DNA of 64,000 nt from assembly GCA_052327205.1 (NCBI GenBank), contig CM126217.1:40238001-40302000 (forward strand), written 5' to 3'. This stretch comes from Somniosus microcephalus. Lineage: Eukaryota. The translations under genes were made by a program, and so were the position numbers. Numbering within the stretch: position 1 is the first letter of the stretch; each line of letters begins with the position of its first letter. Under the pieces are notes generated by a model, which did not search any database, had not been told where the DNA came from, and was given only the letters and a program-made list of their open reading frames with translations. Below, piece by piece: positions 24,300 to 38,500 of the stretch.

Positions 24300-27180
24300 G
24301 CTCCATTTTTACAAGTACTCACAGGCCTGAGTAATGGAAGGCGGTCCCTACCTAGCAACCACTTCCAGTTTTCATCTGCAGGCTTTCCCTGCCATCCGTG
24401 CCCCCCCCCCCCCCTTCAGTTGCCAACGCTGGTGACAATGGGAGGCCGAAGGGTAGCTGAAAATCAGTGTGTTAAACTCGTCTGGTAGTTAACAAGTCTT
24501 TGAATGAAGAATGTTAGCAAACAGACAAACAGCATGTCTGATGCATGCTAATAACATTGCTGGTCCAGCCTCACAACCAAGCCTATGAATTATTCAACGG
24601 GAAGAAACGACCCCCCTTCGCAGCCCAAATGCCTGCAGTGAGGAGAAAGTATTTTTTTAAATCAGCTCTCCCTTGTTTTTTTCTTCTTAGTTCTAAATTG
24701 AAAGTGAAACTAACGTGGCTTAACTCAAATTATTTATTACTTTCATTCCACAATATCATCAATAATCCTTTTCGTACTGATCTGAACATTTTCTTTCACA
24801 GCCTATTTTATGTCTTTTGTCTGGAGTTGGCACCTGTCCCAGACAGCGCTCCGCTGCACACCCTGTTCCCTCCCAATCAGTATATGAAAAAAATGAGGAC
24901 CCAGAAGTGCAGCTACTTCCACACAGCCCTCGGCACATCCACATCTAACGCCGTCCTTTCACACGCAGATGCGCAGTACAATCACAAGACCGAGCTGTTT
25001 TTTTTTGAGTGGCAGATCAGAGTACATTCATATTTTGAAGCAAGCACCACCCTAACCCGTGCAGGATTAGGTAGGCACACCGAGAAAAATTCAGTGCTCA
25101 AATCAGGAAAAATTTATTCATTTAAAAAAAACACCACAGCTGCACTAACCATCACATTACTTCAGAGAAAGCCAAAAAGGAAAAAAAAAATCATTCAAAC
25201 AAAAAATGTGAGCCTCATCTTCTGCCAACCAGTCACAATAGAGAAACAAAAAACAAAAATCCAGTTTGTCGTGTGGAGAAATCTTCTGGTCTGGCAAAGG
25301 CTGTCTGAGGGGGAGGCCCTTGCAACAGGAACAGAAGCAGCATAAGCATAGCTCAGTCGCCCTCTCACGAGTGACTGCAACTGTCTATCAAGGAGGACAG
25401 AGCAGTACCGAGAGGCCTGAGCTGATGATGAAATAGAGGCATGCTCTTCCACCACCCCCCCCCCGCCTCCCCCCTCCCGCCCGCCCCGTGTGTGAGAGCT
25501 AGCTACTTTCATCACACGGCCATGAATTGTGCAGCGACTGACACCACCGATCCTCTGGCTGAGCTGGACCGCACTGCGCCAGCGCACTCTCTGTTTCCTT
25601 GCAGCCCCCCTCCCCCAAACACACATACTCTTTTGAGCCAGGTAATGAATTAAGACATGCAGCATGAGACTGATTTCCCCACTGTTTAAAACACACACCG
25701 TTCATAGTACAGCCTTGTTAATTAACCTTTTACCTTCTACAGCTTTATCCTCAGCACTGGTAAGAGATAATGTATTATTTAAAAAAAGCACAATTTGGAA
25801 AAAGAAAGTCTTCTAAGATTATATATCAAAGGAAATCAAATTGTTACTTAGCTTTGAGAATCAATATAGAAAAGTAAATCCACAAGTAATTGAATAATTT
25901 TGTTCTCATGTCCCTGCTCTTAACCAGCTGCTCAACCAAGTTAAAACTGTTCGACCCTTACAACTATCTTGGCATGGAGTCAAAGGCTGATAAGCATTTG
26001 GGCGAGACAGCAACTGCTGTGCTGGAAGAAAAACAGCTGCCATGATTGCTGTTAGATTTAAAACGTACAGAAAGCAAACCTGGCTCTAAATACTGCACAC
26101 AAAATGCCCCTAGACTCAACTGAACGGCGCACTTTGAAACCCATTTTCTGAAAGATTTCAGCAAAAGTTTCTCTTTCTTTGCTGTATGCTTTTAAACTTT
26201 GCTTGTGCAGCGTGCTTCCCTCCCCGCCCATCCCCTCCCCCCCCCCAACAGTAACCTCAAGCAAACTTGAGGAATCGTGCCAAAAGTCACGTTGCAGCTT
26301 TAAGTGCATTTGTTGGGAGCGTTCAAGGGACTGAGCTGAGCTTCACAAGCAAATTCAAATCAGTTCTTTAGCTGGACACCATAAACTGAAAGTGGTATTT
26401 TTTTTCTTTTTAAATAATAATTTTATGATCAACATATGGCAGATTACTGTAACTCTATTGTAAAACAACTTCCTGCCCCTTTTGGCTCAAGTTCCAGAAG
26501 CTGCTAGCATAAGTTCACAGTACATATTCCTCACCCCACCACCCTTCCCCTGCTGCTGCTGAAAGACCAAGGCGAACTTTTTAAAAATGTTCCTCTCTCC
26601 CTGCTTTGACGAATTTAGAAAAAGAAAAACAGTTTACATAGACAGCTCTATTGTTGAGCATGTTGCAACCAAAGGAAGTCAAAAGTTCAGCTCGTCGACT
26701 TGTGAATCTAAAAAAAGGTGGGGTTTATTTCTGAACACTACCTCTGATAGCGCAGTTACGTTTGCTGGCTTTCTCTCCTGCATATCTGCACAGGAGACTG
26801 TGGCACTCACTCTCGGCCTCCTAAAGAAAGAAAAAAGAACCTCAGCCACTTCTTGCTGAATTTCTTTTTATGACTAACCTGTCTTTTTATTCTGACCATT
26901 GCGTGTTCCATTGAAGATGGGCCATCAAAGCCCCACTGCTAAAATGGAAATTGCCTGTGTTCTCACTAGTCTATGCCAATAACAAAACAAAACACAAAAA
27001 AAAGGCCTCCACAAGCTCTCTTAGCAACAACATTTCTTGATACGTCTGCTTTGGCACAGATCAGCGTTTCTACTTGGCCAAGTATCCTTTGCGTCACATC
27101 TCGCCATTTCTTCTGACCAATAGAAAACTTCCTGATGTAAATTTAAAAAAAAAATTTGCCCCTCCCGCTCTAATTGATAG
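24300..27180 (-). promoter_or_regulatory. Probable promoter / 5' region of an unidentified host gene or lncRNA
   Basis: TE-free; CpG and G/C runs elevated (GC box at ~25475); motif cluster TGCGTCAC, CGCCATTT, CCAAT, ACTTCCTG at 27090-27135. Confidence 0.45.
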
Positions 27181-30100
27181 TGATTAGTAAAATAATTCTA
27201 TGAACTTTAACCAAAAAGAAACTTTTGCACAAAAACATAATTTTTAATTAGTTTCACTGAAGGAATTTCTGGGTGAACAGCAAAAAGACTCAGCAGCTTA
27301 CTGGCTCTGAGAGCAGTACCTGAAGACGGGCGCATGTTTGTTCAAACTCTGTATTGAAAGGGACACATTCTTCTCCTGCTCTAGCCTGCTAGCTTACAGT
27401 AATGAAATCACAGATCAGAGCTTCAAAATAGTCTGAAAGCCTTCGAACAGACTATGCCAAAAATGCAAAGATTGGAATTATTCACGTCAAATCTCAAAGT
27501 GCTTGGAAATTCAAACTTCAAATGGTTTATTCTTCCACAGATTGAAGAGAGCAGTGTCTCAGCTTTGCTATTATATGCTACATGATAATAACAACTTCCA
27601 AAAAATATTACTAAATTTAAAAACCACATTTTTATAACAATGTAGCTGCCCTGCTTTTAGCAAAAAAAAGACGTTGCATATTTAATTTCATATGATATAA
27701 AGTCATACTTTTCTCCTGATTTTAAATGACCGTTTATCTATAAATTTTCTTTTTTTTAAATAGCACTTTATTTGCCATTTGTAGTAACCATCCTAGGTCA
27801 GAGTACTTCTTGTGCATAAATCTGGATTAGTCCAAATATGTTGCAATTTTTAAAAATTGCTTTTGGTTTCTTTTCATATAATTACTGCTGATTTTTTTTT
27901 AATCCTTGAGATAACGCAATATTTCTACATTTGTAAATTTGCAAAAATTTTTTTTAAATATACCTAATCAATCATTTCAAGTGCATATATTAAAATATAT
28001 AGGGCTACTGACATATAAATCATAATTTTAAAAAATGAGATACACATAAATTCATATTGAAAAGTGCATTGGAACTGACTGGAAAATGTCTTAAAAATTT
28101 ACAGAAAATTATGCAACTATTTCCTGTTTTGAAAACTGACAATAATCAGACTTGAAAGAAATGTGCCCATTTTTGTGTTTAAAAATAAATATCATATATC
28201 CAGAAACTGCATATTTATTATTCTGCTGAAACCACAGTGTTTTTATGCTAGTACTACCCTATAACTGCCTTCAGCTTTATATCCTCATTCCTAGGAACAG
28301 GATATCAATGTCAAGAAGTAGGACATTCACTTATTTTTCTGAATTCTACTCAAAATCTATTTAATGGTGTAAATAACAGGCTGTGGTTTTGCTAAAATTG
28401 TACAGATGTTCTGCAATAAATACCACTTTAGGTATCCAATTTGAGAATTCCTCCTTTCTTTGTTCCTGTTTATTTTGGGTGATTGCAAATGAATCAATTT
28501 TATAATAATTACAATCTGAAGCATTCACCTGCTTTGTTTCCCTATCATCAGTTTAGCTTGATCTGTTTGCTGTTTATTGTAAATAGGGGCATATCTTCAA
28601 TGTATAGATTTTCCTTAACTCTGATTAAAATGCCTGACATTTGAAGAACATTTTAATATTTACTGTACATATATATATTCTATTTTTTGAAGCACACATT
28701 CTTTCCCAGTTCCTTTAGAAAGAGAGTCATTTTTAAAACTATTTTACTGTAATATGTTTTGAGTGTTCGTCTTTTGGGAAACTGTTTTAATTCTCATTCT
28801 TTAACATGAAATTTGCTACTTCGGACACTGTCAGACTAACCACCGAGATTATTACAGGAAAAGAAGGATGATAGACACATCTGACTGATAACAGTACTTC
28901 AAATGAAACCCCTTATAAACACTTTCTCAAAATGAACAAAAATAATTCTGAAAAAAATTTAAATTAATTCTAAAAAGCTCAATGCTAGATTGCAGAAAGC
29001 AGCCACATGGAAAATTACCAATCGATTAAAAAAATCTCTTCACCCTTTCATTTAACTGACAGCAGAGAATCTTTTAAAATATATATTAGAGCATGTATAG
29101 TATTTCCTTTTCTTTCAGAGGGGGCTAGTGAGATCCTCAAAAGTATTTCTTTAATAAAAAGTTTTTGGGATCAGATCAAATCCTGCAAGTATATACAAGT
29201 TTCGCTCTCCAAGTATTGACATTAAGAAACCATTTGGTCATGACAACCAACACAGCACCAATTAGCAAATACGAACAATTTGAGAAAATTACACATTTTC
29301 GCCATCTCTTTAGGACTTCTCTACACCACTTTTATACCCAAAGCATAAACTGATAGGAGCCCCTATACTTGGCGGTTGATAAAATGTGATTTTGTATAAT
29401 GCACAGAACCACACGGGGCACTTTAAAAACAATAACTGGAAGTAACTTAACCCTTTAAGTAAATAATGCCACATTTTTGGTTTGGTAGAGAGTTGCTGCA
29501 AACACTTCATAAAAGCTCTGTTTTTTATGGATCGTTTAAAATCAATTCACAATATGCAACAAGCACAAAAGTATCTCCTTTTCTCGGATATTAGAAAGTA
29601 CAAATAGATCTTGAAGTTTACCAGGACAATTTCAGTGTTCTCAGGGTTAACCAATCTCATGATTTTTCTCTAAGTTGTGACCTGTAAGAGGTGCTCATGT
29701 ACCCCTGCTTTCTTGGGACCAATATTGCTACAGAGAAAATTACACACACTTCCGTTTTATCTTTTGTGAAAATATGATTTGAATAGAATCTTAAGGAGGT
29801 CACTAGATTCACACAAAATAATTACTCATAAGTACATGCTACCCCAGTAAACAGTGTAACCGCAGAGTGAATCCCGGATGTTTCCAACAACAGTAAGAAC
29901 AAGTATTTTTTTTAGTTCTCCTTAGTCTTTATATTAACTTTTATTTTAAAAATGTATTCAGTTGTAAATCCTTCAATTAATATAATTTTTCTTAATTTTA
30001 TTTTGTCAGAAATGGTAAAGTCTGTTCAAATCCTGTATTTCAAGCCATCACCTTTGTACTGTGAGTAAATGACTGCTGTAGTTAGCACTGATTGATGGAT

Positions 30101-33100
30101 CAGCGCAACATAACCAACTGAAGTTAGGTGCACCAACGCTTTCTGGCTGCCAGATCGTTTCAGGGCAGCAATTATATCCCAGACTCTCATCTATGAAGAA
30201 ACTTGCCAAAGTGCACACACACAAGTATTTGCAGTTCACACTCCAACAAATTACCTTTAGGTTCTGATGGAAGGTCTGGTGCTGAAGTAAAGTTGCTCAA
30301 GCCTCAATAAGATGAATTGTCAATGAGGTCTTCTTCCCTAGGTCCATGATAACGACGCTCTCAGCTCAACTAATATCCAAACTGGAATTCCAGCTTCTTT
30401 TTCTTGCTTAGAAGTGAGTAAACCTTTTTGTGGAGCAGGGTAATCACTGAGCCATAAATGGACTGTACAGATCAGGGCTTACATCCTGCTGACTTTCCAC
30501 TGAAGAGTTTTTCAAAAGAAAGGACCAACATTTCAAGAGAGAGAACTGTATTTTAAACAGCCAGGTACAGTTTAAATATGGAGTGTTTATTCCTGTATCT
30601 ATTATTTAAATAAGATCAGAAATTAATTTTTGAATTGGAGTGGGATTTGTCAGCAGATTTTTACTTCTGAATATTCTAAGAAGTAACATTTGTGGCTGTA
30701 AAATGTAACTCATGTTACTCATGTCTAGTCCGTTTGTGGTAACATTTATGTATGAAAATGCCCCTTTGAAACATTTGCCCACTGCCACACACCAAGAAGA
30801 AGGTTCTTTTTATAGCAAGATGCTAAAGGCTACTGCAAACAGCAAGTCTACAGAAAATTTACCACCAAAATACATTTAGTCAGGCTGAAATAGAACTAAA
30901 CACAAAACTTCTTTCATTTTTTTCCTGAATTTTTAAAACATTACATTATTTATTATATCAAAATGTTACAACCAGCTTCAGATATTTAGCATTTTTGTAA
31001 ATGAAATCTAGTTGTACAACTCTTAAGTCATATATTAATAAACACCTGTTCCATTTCTTCAAAATTTAGGTTCAACATTTTTCTCTTTCTTTCTAACCTT
31101 CATTATTTCTGGCCTGGAAGATGTGGCATTACAAAAGATGCCTTTAGTTCTCGGTTAGTTTTGGGCTAGTTAATGCTCGAGTGGCAAAGTCACAAATGCA
31201 GATACAATCTCAAAGCCAATACATTTCTTTGTAAATAGTCTCTTATTCAGATTTTAAGTATATATATATATATTTATGGTTGTTTGTTAACCCTTTGCAT
31301 ACTGAAAGACCATTTCAGATTTCAAAACATATTTTCCCTCATCTTTCCTACAAATCTACAAAACTGTGTTTTTAGTTCATTTGTTTCCCTTGTCATACAT
31401 TTTCAATCATGAACAATAAACTGTAAGAAATATAGGGGACACTGCCTTCATAACAAACCTTGTTTTTTGTTTTGTTTGAGAAAAGTCAAAGGCCATTTTG
31501 CCCACAATATTGTCACAAGCAATGACCTTTTCCAACAAGATTATGATGGTATAAGTAAATAGAAAAAACAAAAGACAGGCCAAAACTTACTTTTAAAATT
31601 AAAATGAAGATGATACCCCCTTTATTTCAGAATATTGCTGAATCAAAAACAAAGCAAATGTGATCGTTACAAGTAAAATTTTGGTCCAGAATTCCTACTG
31701 CAAATTTATAGGAGGAAATAATTAAATAAAAATAAATCCAGCTCTGGATCATACTGAGTGAGCTACCAAATGAGCAGCTGAGGTGTAATGCAAAACAATT
31801 GATGCGTGGTGAGATGTCAGAAGAAAAAGTATATATAATACAGTGCCTTGTTACATTTTTCAGCAAAATGCTTTACATTTAATGAATTACTTTGAACTGC
31901 AGTGACTGTTTTGTAAGCAAATGGGGCAGGCATTTTGTGCATTGCAAAATCGCATAAACAGCAATGAGGTGAACAATCAGTTAAATCTGTTTTTGGTGAT
32001 GTTGGTTGAGGTAAACAGAAATAGTATATGGTCTGATGTTAGGAAATACAGAAGTGTACAAATTTCATTAGGGAAGGGACCATTACTGCAAATGATTGAA
32101 ATCTTGGCCTTCCGTTTTCCTCCCTTTCATTTATACTTTGGAGAATGTTACGAATCTTCCCAATTTTACTAAATTGATATAGAACAAGTGCTTTTTTTGG
32201 GGGGGAAAGCTTTTTTCAGTTATGGTGAATATGGTGAAATAAATCATATTGAAACACACTATCACTTCATTACATTGTGGCATTGTGACAAAAATTACAC
32301 ACAACAATCTGGCTCTACATCTTTGACTTTTCTCAAACAAGACATCTTTTCATTAAGACATTGCCCTTTTAACAACATATTTATGTTTTTTTTATTATGC
32401 TATCAACAACAAACTCTCTGAAGTAAAAATGTATCACTACATAATATAGTGAGCAGGTGGACAGCAAACATTTCACCTGCATCTAAACCAACTCATTATC
32501 CCCACAACTGCAACAGATCAAAATTAGGACCATACCTCAGAACATGTGTACTGCTGAAATCTAATCTGAACAAGCTGTGATATTCACCTATAATGTGCAG
32601 TAAAATTAATTCCTGACACCATTACTACTGTTAAGACTGGATGATTCAAAGTCAGTGTATCCCTTTCCTACTGGCTATTTCAGGTCGATTTCAAATGTTC
32701 CAGTGAGCAGATTAAGAAGAAAGAATGGCATGAAACAGATGAAACATGTAAATAAAGATCCAAGAAAAGAATCTGTTAGGAGGAGGAGATATGTGGGTGC
32801 GGGGGCAGTGAATAACACAATTACAGATATTTTAAAAAGTGGGACAAAGCACTTTTTGTTTTGTTACAGATTTCAATATAAACCTCTGAAAGGATTAAAT
32901 GTCAGATCGGTTCATTTTTGCACAGCCGTGCTGTCGCTAAGATTTCAGTAAAGCTTCATGGTGGGCGTGTGAAAGTTTCATAAAATGTCCACTTGAACTG
33001 TGAAAAGCAACCAGCAGTACGGTTATTGAATTTGTCCTTTCAGATTTGGGTTGTGTCTGGAGAGAGAATTTTGAGTTACACAACATTGGGAAAAGTATTG

Positions 33101-33679
33101 GTGTTGGGAGGGAAAGAGTAAATTCAGGTAATAAATTCAGAGTATCACATAAAAAGTATATTGACACAGTATTAGACCAGAGTGGCTTGGGTAAGATTTT
33201 ATAGAGAGCACATTAATATCAAGATCTAAGTACATCTGGTGGCAACATTGTCACTGTATTATGATATATACTGGTCTCTTAATTACAACACAATTCTGCT
33301 TTAGAACTAGTAAATAATTTCCTTAATACACTTGTGTGAATCACAAGACTATTATTCAGTAGTGAATACATTACAGTAACCTGTTGCAGATTTCAGTGTC
33401 AATTTAGTTGTTTTTAACGGTCATTCTCATTAATATTCTCTTCATTTTATTGAGATAGTAGTAAATATTACAAAATATATCTAGTGAAGTGGAAGGTTGC
33501 ATGTTAATCTCAGAGTTAAGATAATAAAATCATACATTACCTGAACCTCTAGAGTAAATTACAGCCTCACAACTTACAATCATCCACAGTTTAGTATTCT
33601 TTCATCTCTACAATAGTGACTGTCTTATTACTGATTCTATATACTTGAGGGAAAATCACATGTGCCTTATGAACATATT

Positions 33680-35060
33680 TTATATTATAATCTATATACT
33701 GTAAGGAACACATACAGTTTATATTATAATAATTAATACACGGTAAGGGACACAGATGTTCTATATTATAACAATCTATATACTGCAAGGGACACATTCT
33801 ATATAATCTATGTACTGCAAGGGACACATTCTATATAATCTATGTACTACAAGGAAGAAATATTCTATATTTCAATCTATATACTGTAAGGATTACAATT
33901 TATATTATAATTATAATCTATGTTCTATAAAGAATGCATTTCATATTAAAATCTGCAAGGGATATATTTTATATTATAATTATAATCCAGATATTGTAAG
34001 GGGCATGCATTTTATATTATAACTATATACTGTACTGCATAAGACACATTTTTATGTAATAATCTATTTTCTGCAAGCAGCACTCACAATTTAGTTTATA
34101 ATCTATATACTTGTAAGCAGCACATTTTACATTATAAGCTATGCTCTGCACGAGACTCATTTTATTTTATAATCTACGCTCTGTAAGGGATACACATTTT
34201 ATAGGATAATCTATCTCCTGTAAGGGCCACAATTTTTATTACAATCTATGTTCTGTAATGGACATATCTTTTATTATAGCCTATATACTGTCAGGAGCAC
34301 ATTTTATATTATAATTATAATTTATGTTCTGTAAAGAACATACTTTATATTATAATCTATATACTGTAAGTGACGCAAGCATTTTATATTATAATCTATA
34401 TATCACAAGGGACACTTTTTATATTACAAATATAATCTATATATGGTAAGAAACAGGCATTTTATATAATCATAATTTATATACTGTAATGAACATTATT
34501 CTCTATATACTGCAAAGAACACAGACATTTTATACTATAATGTATATAGTGTAAGGAATGCACACATTGTAATCCATGTACTGAATGGGAAATAGTCTAT
34601 TTAGTCATCCTTCTTCTGTAAGGGATACATTTTATATACTGCCAGGAACACATTTAATATTAAAATTCTAATTTATCTTCTGTGAGGGACACATTTTACA
34701 TTATAATCTATATTCTGCACAGGAAATATTTCTATAATATAATCATAATTTATATACTGCAAGGAACACTCACATTTTACATTATAATCTAATATATTGT
34801 AAAGAACATAGACATTTTATATATTAATCCATACACTGTAAGGATGAACACATTTCACATTATAACCAAATACCTTCTGGGACATAGTTTATAATCCATC
34901 TTCTGCAAGGGACATTCTATAATCTACATACTATAAGGGACACAAATGGTTTATAATCTATATACTTTAAGGGATATAAAGTACGTAAATATAAAATCTA
35001 AGGGACATAAATTTTAGATTATAGTCTATATACTGTAAGAGACACATTTCATATCATAGT
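33680..35060. repeat. Degenerate AT-rich minisatellite, ~30-40-bp unit
   Basis: Repeated TTTTATATTATAATCTATATACTGTAAGGGACACA-like units. Confidence 0.85.
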
Positions 35061-36803
35061 TTACATATTCTATGTGGCACATACAACTCGTGCTACTACA
35101 ACCTGTATTTTAGCAATCCCACTGTAAGGAGTACACACACTGTATAATTGTAAGCTATATGCATATTTCATATTATAGTACCAACCCTCAAAATAAGTTT
35201 TATGTACAATTATGCCTAATATAATGTAGACTGCACTTATAATGTGGCTATATATGTATTAAAATTACAGCATAAAATAAGCATATCTGCTTAAGGAGGG
35301 ATTCAATACAGAACTAGGACATAAATTTTAAAGGATGCTATCCATTCACAAAGCAATGGATACAGTTTACAGTATCCATAAGACTTCACTGAGATATGAA
35401 ATGATGTGTGAAAATATTATTGGCTACAATGTGTCTCCTAATGGAACTCGCAACAGTCTGGACATTCTCTGCCAGCACGTGTCTACATTGATGCTCCATT
35501 TTGTGGTAGCGTTGTGAGGGCACTTCCCATTATACTGGGAACAAAGGCCATGGCCCAGAGGTCATAGTGTTATACTGGGAGTGCAGCTTTTCCATTGTCA
35601 GGAGCAGCACTGTTTGCTTTGTCTAGGTAAAGATTTGCTGATACATTAACTAAGGAGGATTAAGCATTATCCGTCTCAGGTTGCCACTCCCCATGCATCA
35701 CAGGACTGGTGACTGCAGACTGTCACAAGTCATCGGCACATTATTAAATGCTTGCTCATTATGCCCGGGGAAGAGGAGCCTTCCCTGTTCTAATGAAGTT
35801 AAAAGATAGAGACTCATTTACCTCAATAAAACAAAACCAGAAATTGCTGTGGTTAAATCAGATAAATTTGCATCATAAACTAAAATGCATTTTTTCTTGA
35901 AATCAACATTCTTCTTATTAAATCTCACTTTTTTAAACAATTGGGCCAATTTTCATCTCAGTTCATCGGCCCCAACTTAATTTGGGCAGTGGGCAGTTTA
36001 CTCATTGCTGAAGCTAGCTGCATTTTGAGTTCAGCAAATTTGCATGCCATGGGTGAGCCCCAGATGTGTTGGACATCTCCTATTCGATGCTCACCCGTTA
36101 GTGGTGTCAATTCTTCTTCAAGGCCTGCAGCAGCTTAAAGAAAATTTGGGTGCTAATATCCTTCTAGCTGCCCTGGGAAATACCTGTGAGCAATTCATTA
36201 TCTTGTTGCAGCAAACCCTCGTGGTCATTGGGTTAACCAAAAGGTGGGTCAGATAATGTCAATACCACCAACACTGCGCAGAGTATCTCGATTCAGGGTT
36301 GGAAAATGTTCAATGATCTCACTAGGCATGGCAAGGTAAAGGCTGCACTGTTAGCTCATAGCTGTGCTGTGCATCTACTATTACTGCTATAAAATGTTCC
36401 CCCCAACCCGTACACTTTTACAGCATTGTCCAGCTTCCTATGATGGCCTATTAGATTGCACTATACATTACTTTTCACCTCCCTTTCCCAGCACCACCTC
36501 CATCAGTGGGAGCCTCAATGGTAGAACGTGCTGCCAAAACCCCTTCCACGTACAACACCTGCATGATATCCTGACACATGGGATTTTGCTTTATGTGATG
36601 CCACCAATGTCAATTATTCAATGCGTGCCTTTGCTTTTGTGGGGAAGAGTGCATATCTTAAGGAGAGTGCATAACAAGAGGGAGAAGATGAGAGCGGGAG
36701 GAGAACTGGCAGAGCTGAATCATCTCTCCACTTTTGAGGAGCAGACCTTCCAAATACAGGGATGAGACTCAGCAGATGAAGCAGGAGAAGGCCAAGTAGG
36801 TGC

Positions 36804-36950
36804 ACTCAGTAGAATGGAGACTAAAGGAAGTATAAGTGTGTTGCAAATCCTTATCTGGGGAATCTTTCTTTAGATGGAGACTAATGAAAGACTCCCCAGA
36901 TCAGGATTTGCACCACACTTATACTTCCTTTAGTCTCCATTCTATTGAGT
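36804..36950. repeat. Long near-perfect inverted repeat (hairpin, ~68-bp arms)
   Basis: ACTCAGTAGAATGGAGACTAAAGGAAGTATAAGTGTG... pairs with ...CACACTTATACTTCCTTTAGTCTCCATTCTATTGAGT. Confidence 0.9.
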
Positions 36951-36984
36951 CACACACTCACTGACACCAAAGTATACACTTGAC

Positions 36985-37215
36985 AACAGGTCCATGCCAA
37001 TTTAAGATGGATGTTGAAGACCCCATGGCACTATCTGAAGGACAGCAGGGAGCTTGCCTGGTTTTTTTGATGAACACTGCTGTGTGCAAAGTGGCTGCCA
37101 CATTCACCAGCATAACAACAATAGCTGCTCTTCAAAGCAACTCATTGTATGTGAAGTGCTTTGGGCTGTTTCAGAGAGACATGATAAGGTGCTATATAAA
37201 TGCGAGTCTTTCTTC
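36985..37215 (+). mobile_element. Decayed Deu-domain SINE
   Basis: CCCATGGCACTATCTGAAGGACAGCAGGGAG core; tail GTGCTATATAAATGCGAGTCTTTC. Confidence 0.6.
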
Positions 37216-37639
37216 AACAAAGGAAAGGATCCCATTTACAATCTCCTGAATCCCAGTTACAATGACCTATTATAGATACTGATGATAAGTTGGATAAATT
37301 CTGATAATTTTGATACATTGAGCATGTTATTAGACTCACAGATTATTGAAAAATCCACACTGATGATCAGTTCTCCTTATTGGTACACACCTAACTATGA
37401 GGCTTCTGTTGGAAGTGAAAAGAGCTGGTACACAGCAAAATAATTCACATGCACTGCAAAAAGAGTTGGTGGGAGGGGTGGAGAGAGATAAAAGAAGAGC
37501 CCTTTTTCTCCTGGAAAATTGGACTTTAATCAGGTGCAAAGGAGATTATTGGTAATCAAAATCAAATTCAAAATCTATATGAGTCATTGTATCAATGGGA
37601 TTTTAAAAGACATTTTCAGTATACAATCAGAATGTTACA

Positions 37640-38500
37640 GCAAACAAACAGGTCATTTGGCCCTTAAAGTCTCTGCTAGTATTTTTCTCTACTTGAGCCA
37701 CATAATCTAATCCTACTTCAGCTCACTCCTCATAGCATTTAATATTCCTATTTTTCAAATGACTAATTCCCTTTTCAAAGAATTTATGGATTATGCTACA
37801 AAAACAGTTTGTGGCAGAGAATTCTAACCACCCTCTTTTTTCTAATCTCACCTTTAATTCTTTTTTTCGTAATGATCATAACACTTTACAATCTTCAATC
37901 AAATCACCTCTTAACCTTTTCAGCTCTAGCGAAAAAACACCCTCCAACCATTTCTCCATCCATCTGCCCACATTCCCATTAATTCTATGTGCCTTTATCT
38001 TTGCCATGTTTCTACTGGCTTTGTTGACCAAGGTTGTTTAATTGCACAGTAGAGCTCTTGCCCTTTAGGGGTATGTTCAGGTATTCTACCAACACCACCC
38101 ACTAATTGTCTGTAGTTTTATCCATTAATAGTTCCACCCAGTCTACTGTGGTCAATTTCTGAATTCCTATGTTTCTAGATCAGCCATGATCTAACTGAAT
38201 ATTGGTGCAGGCCCAAAAGGGGCTGAATGGCCTACTCCTGTTCCTAATGTTACAACGGTATTGTGATATCTTGTCAAATGCTGTTTAAAATGCAATTCCA
38301 TCATCTAATACTTCTTCAAAAAATTCTATAATGTTGGTCAAGCATAACCTGTCTTTTAGTAATCCTTGCTGAATGGCTTTGATTCACTCATGTTTCTCCA
38401 AGTGCTTAATAATTTCTTCCTATATTAGGGATTCTGATAATTTACCAAAAAGTGAAGTAACACTACCTGACCTATAATTTCTTTATATTCTGGCACTCTG
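37640..38500. mobile_element. Decayed CR1 fragments (mostly minus strand; plus-strand 3' tail at ~38175-38250)
   Basis: AAATCACCTCTTAACCTT and AGATCAGCCATGATC..GGCTGAATGGCCTACTCCTG, both shared with other CR1 copies in the window. Confidence 0.5.

Noticed and set aside
24545-25345. 266-aa plus-strand ORF
   Set aside because: No recognisable domain; crosses several homopolymer runs; composition of translated non-coding DNA.
25195-25698. 167-aa minus-strand ORF and a short hydrophobic ORF (MLMLLLFLLQG...)
   Set aside because: Low-complexity, no homology recognised; at most uORFs in a leader region.
30255-30410. Another possible minus-strand exon (donor AAG|GTAATT)
   Set aside because: Acceptor is weak and there is no other support.
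33680-35060. CRISPR-like repeat array
   Set aside because: Eukaryotic context, degenerate units, no unique spacers, no cas genes.
35480-36800. Possible further decayed DNA-transposon relic
   Set aside because: GC-richer and repeat-like, but I could not recover diagnostic motifs or ends.
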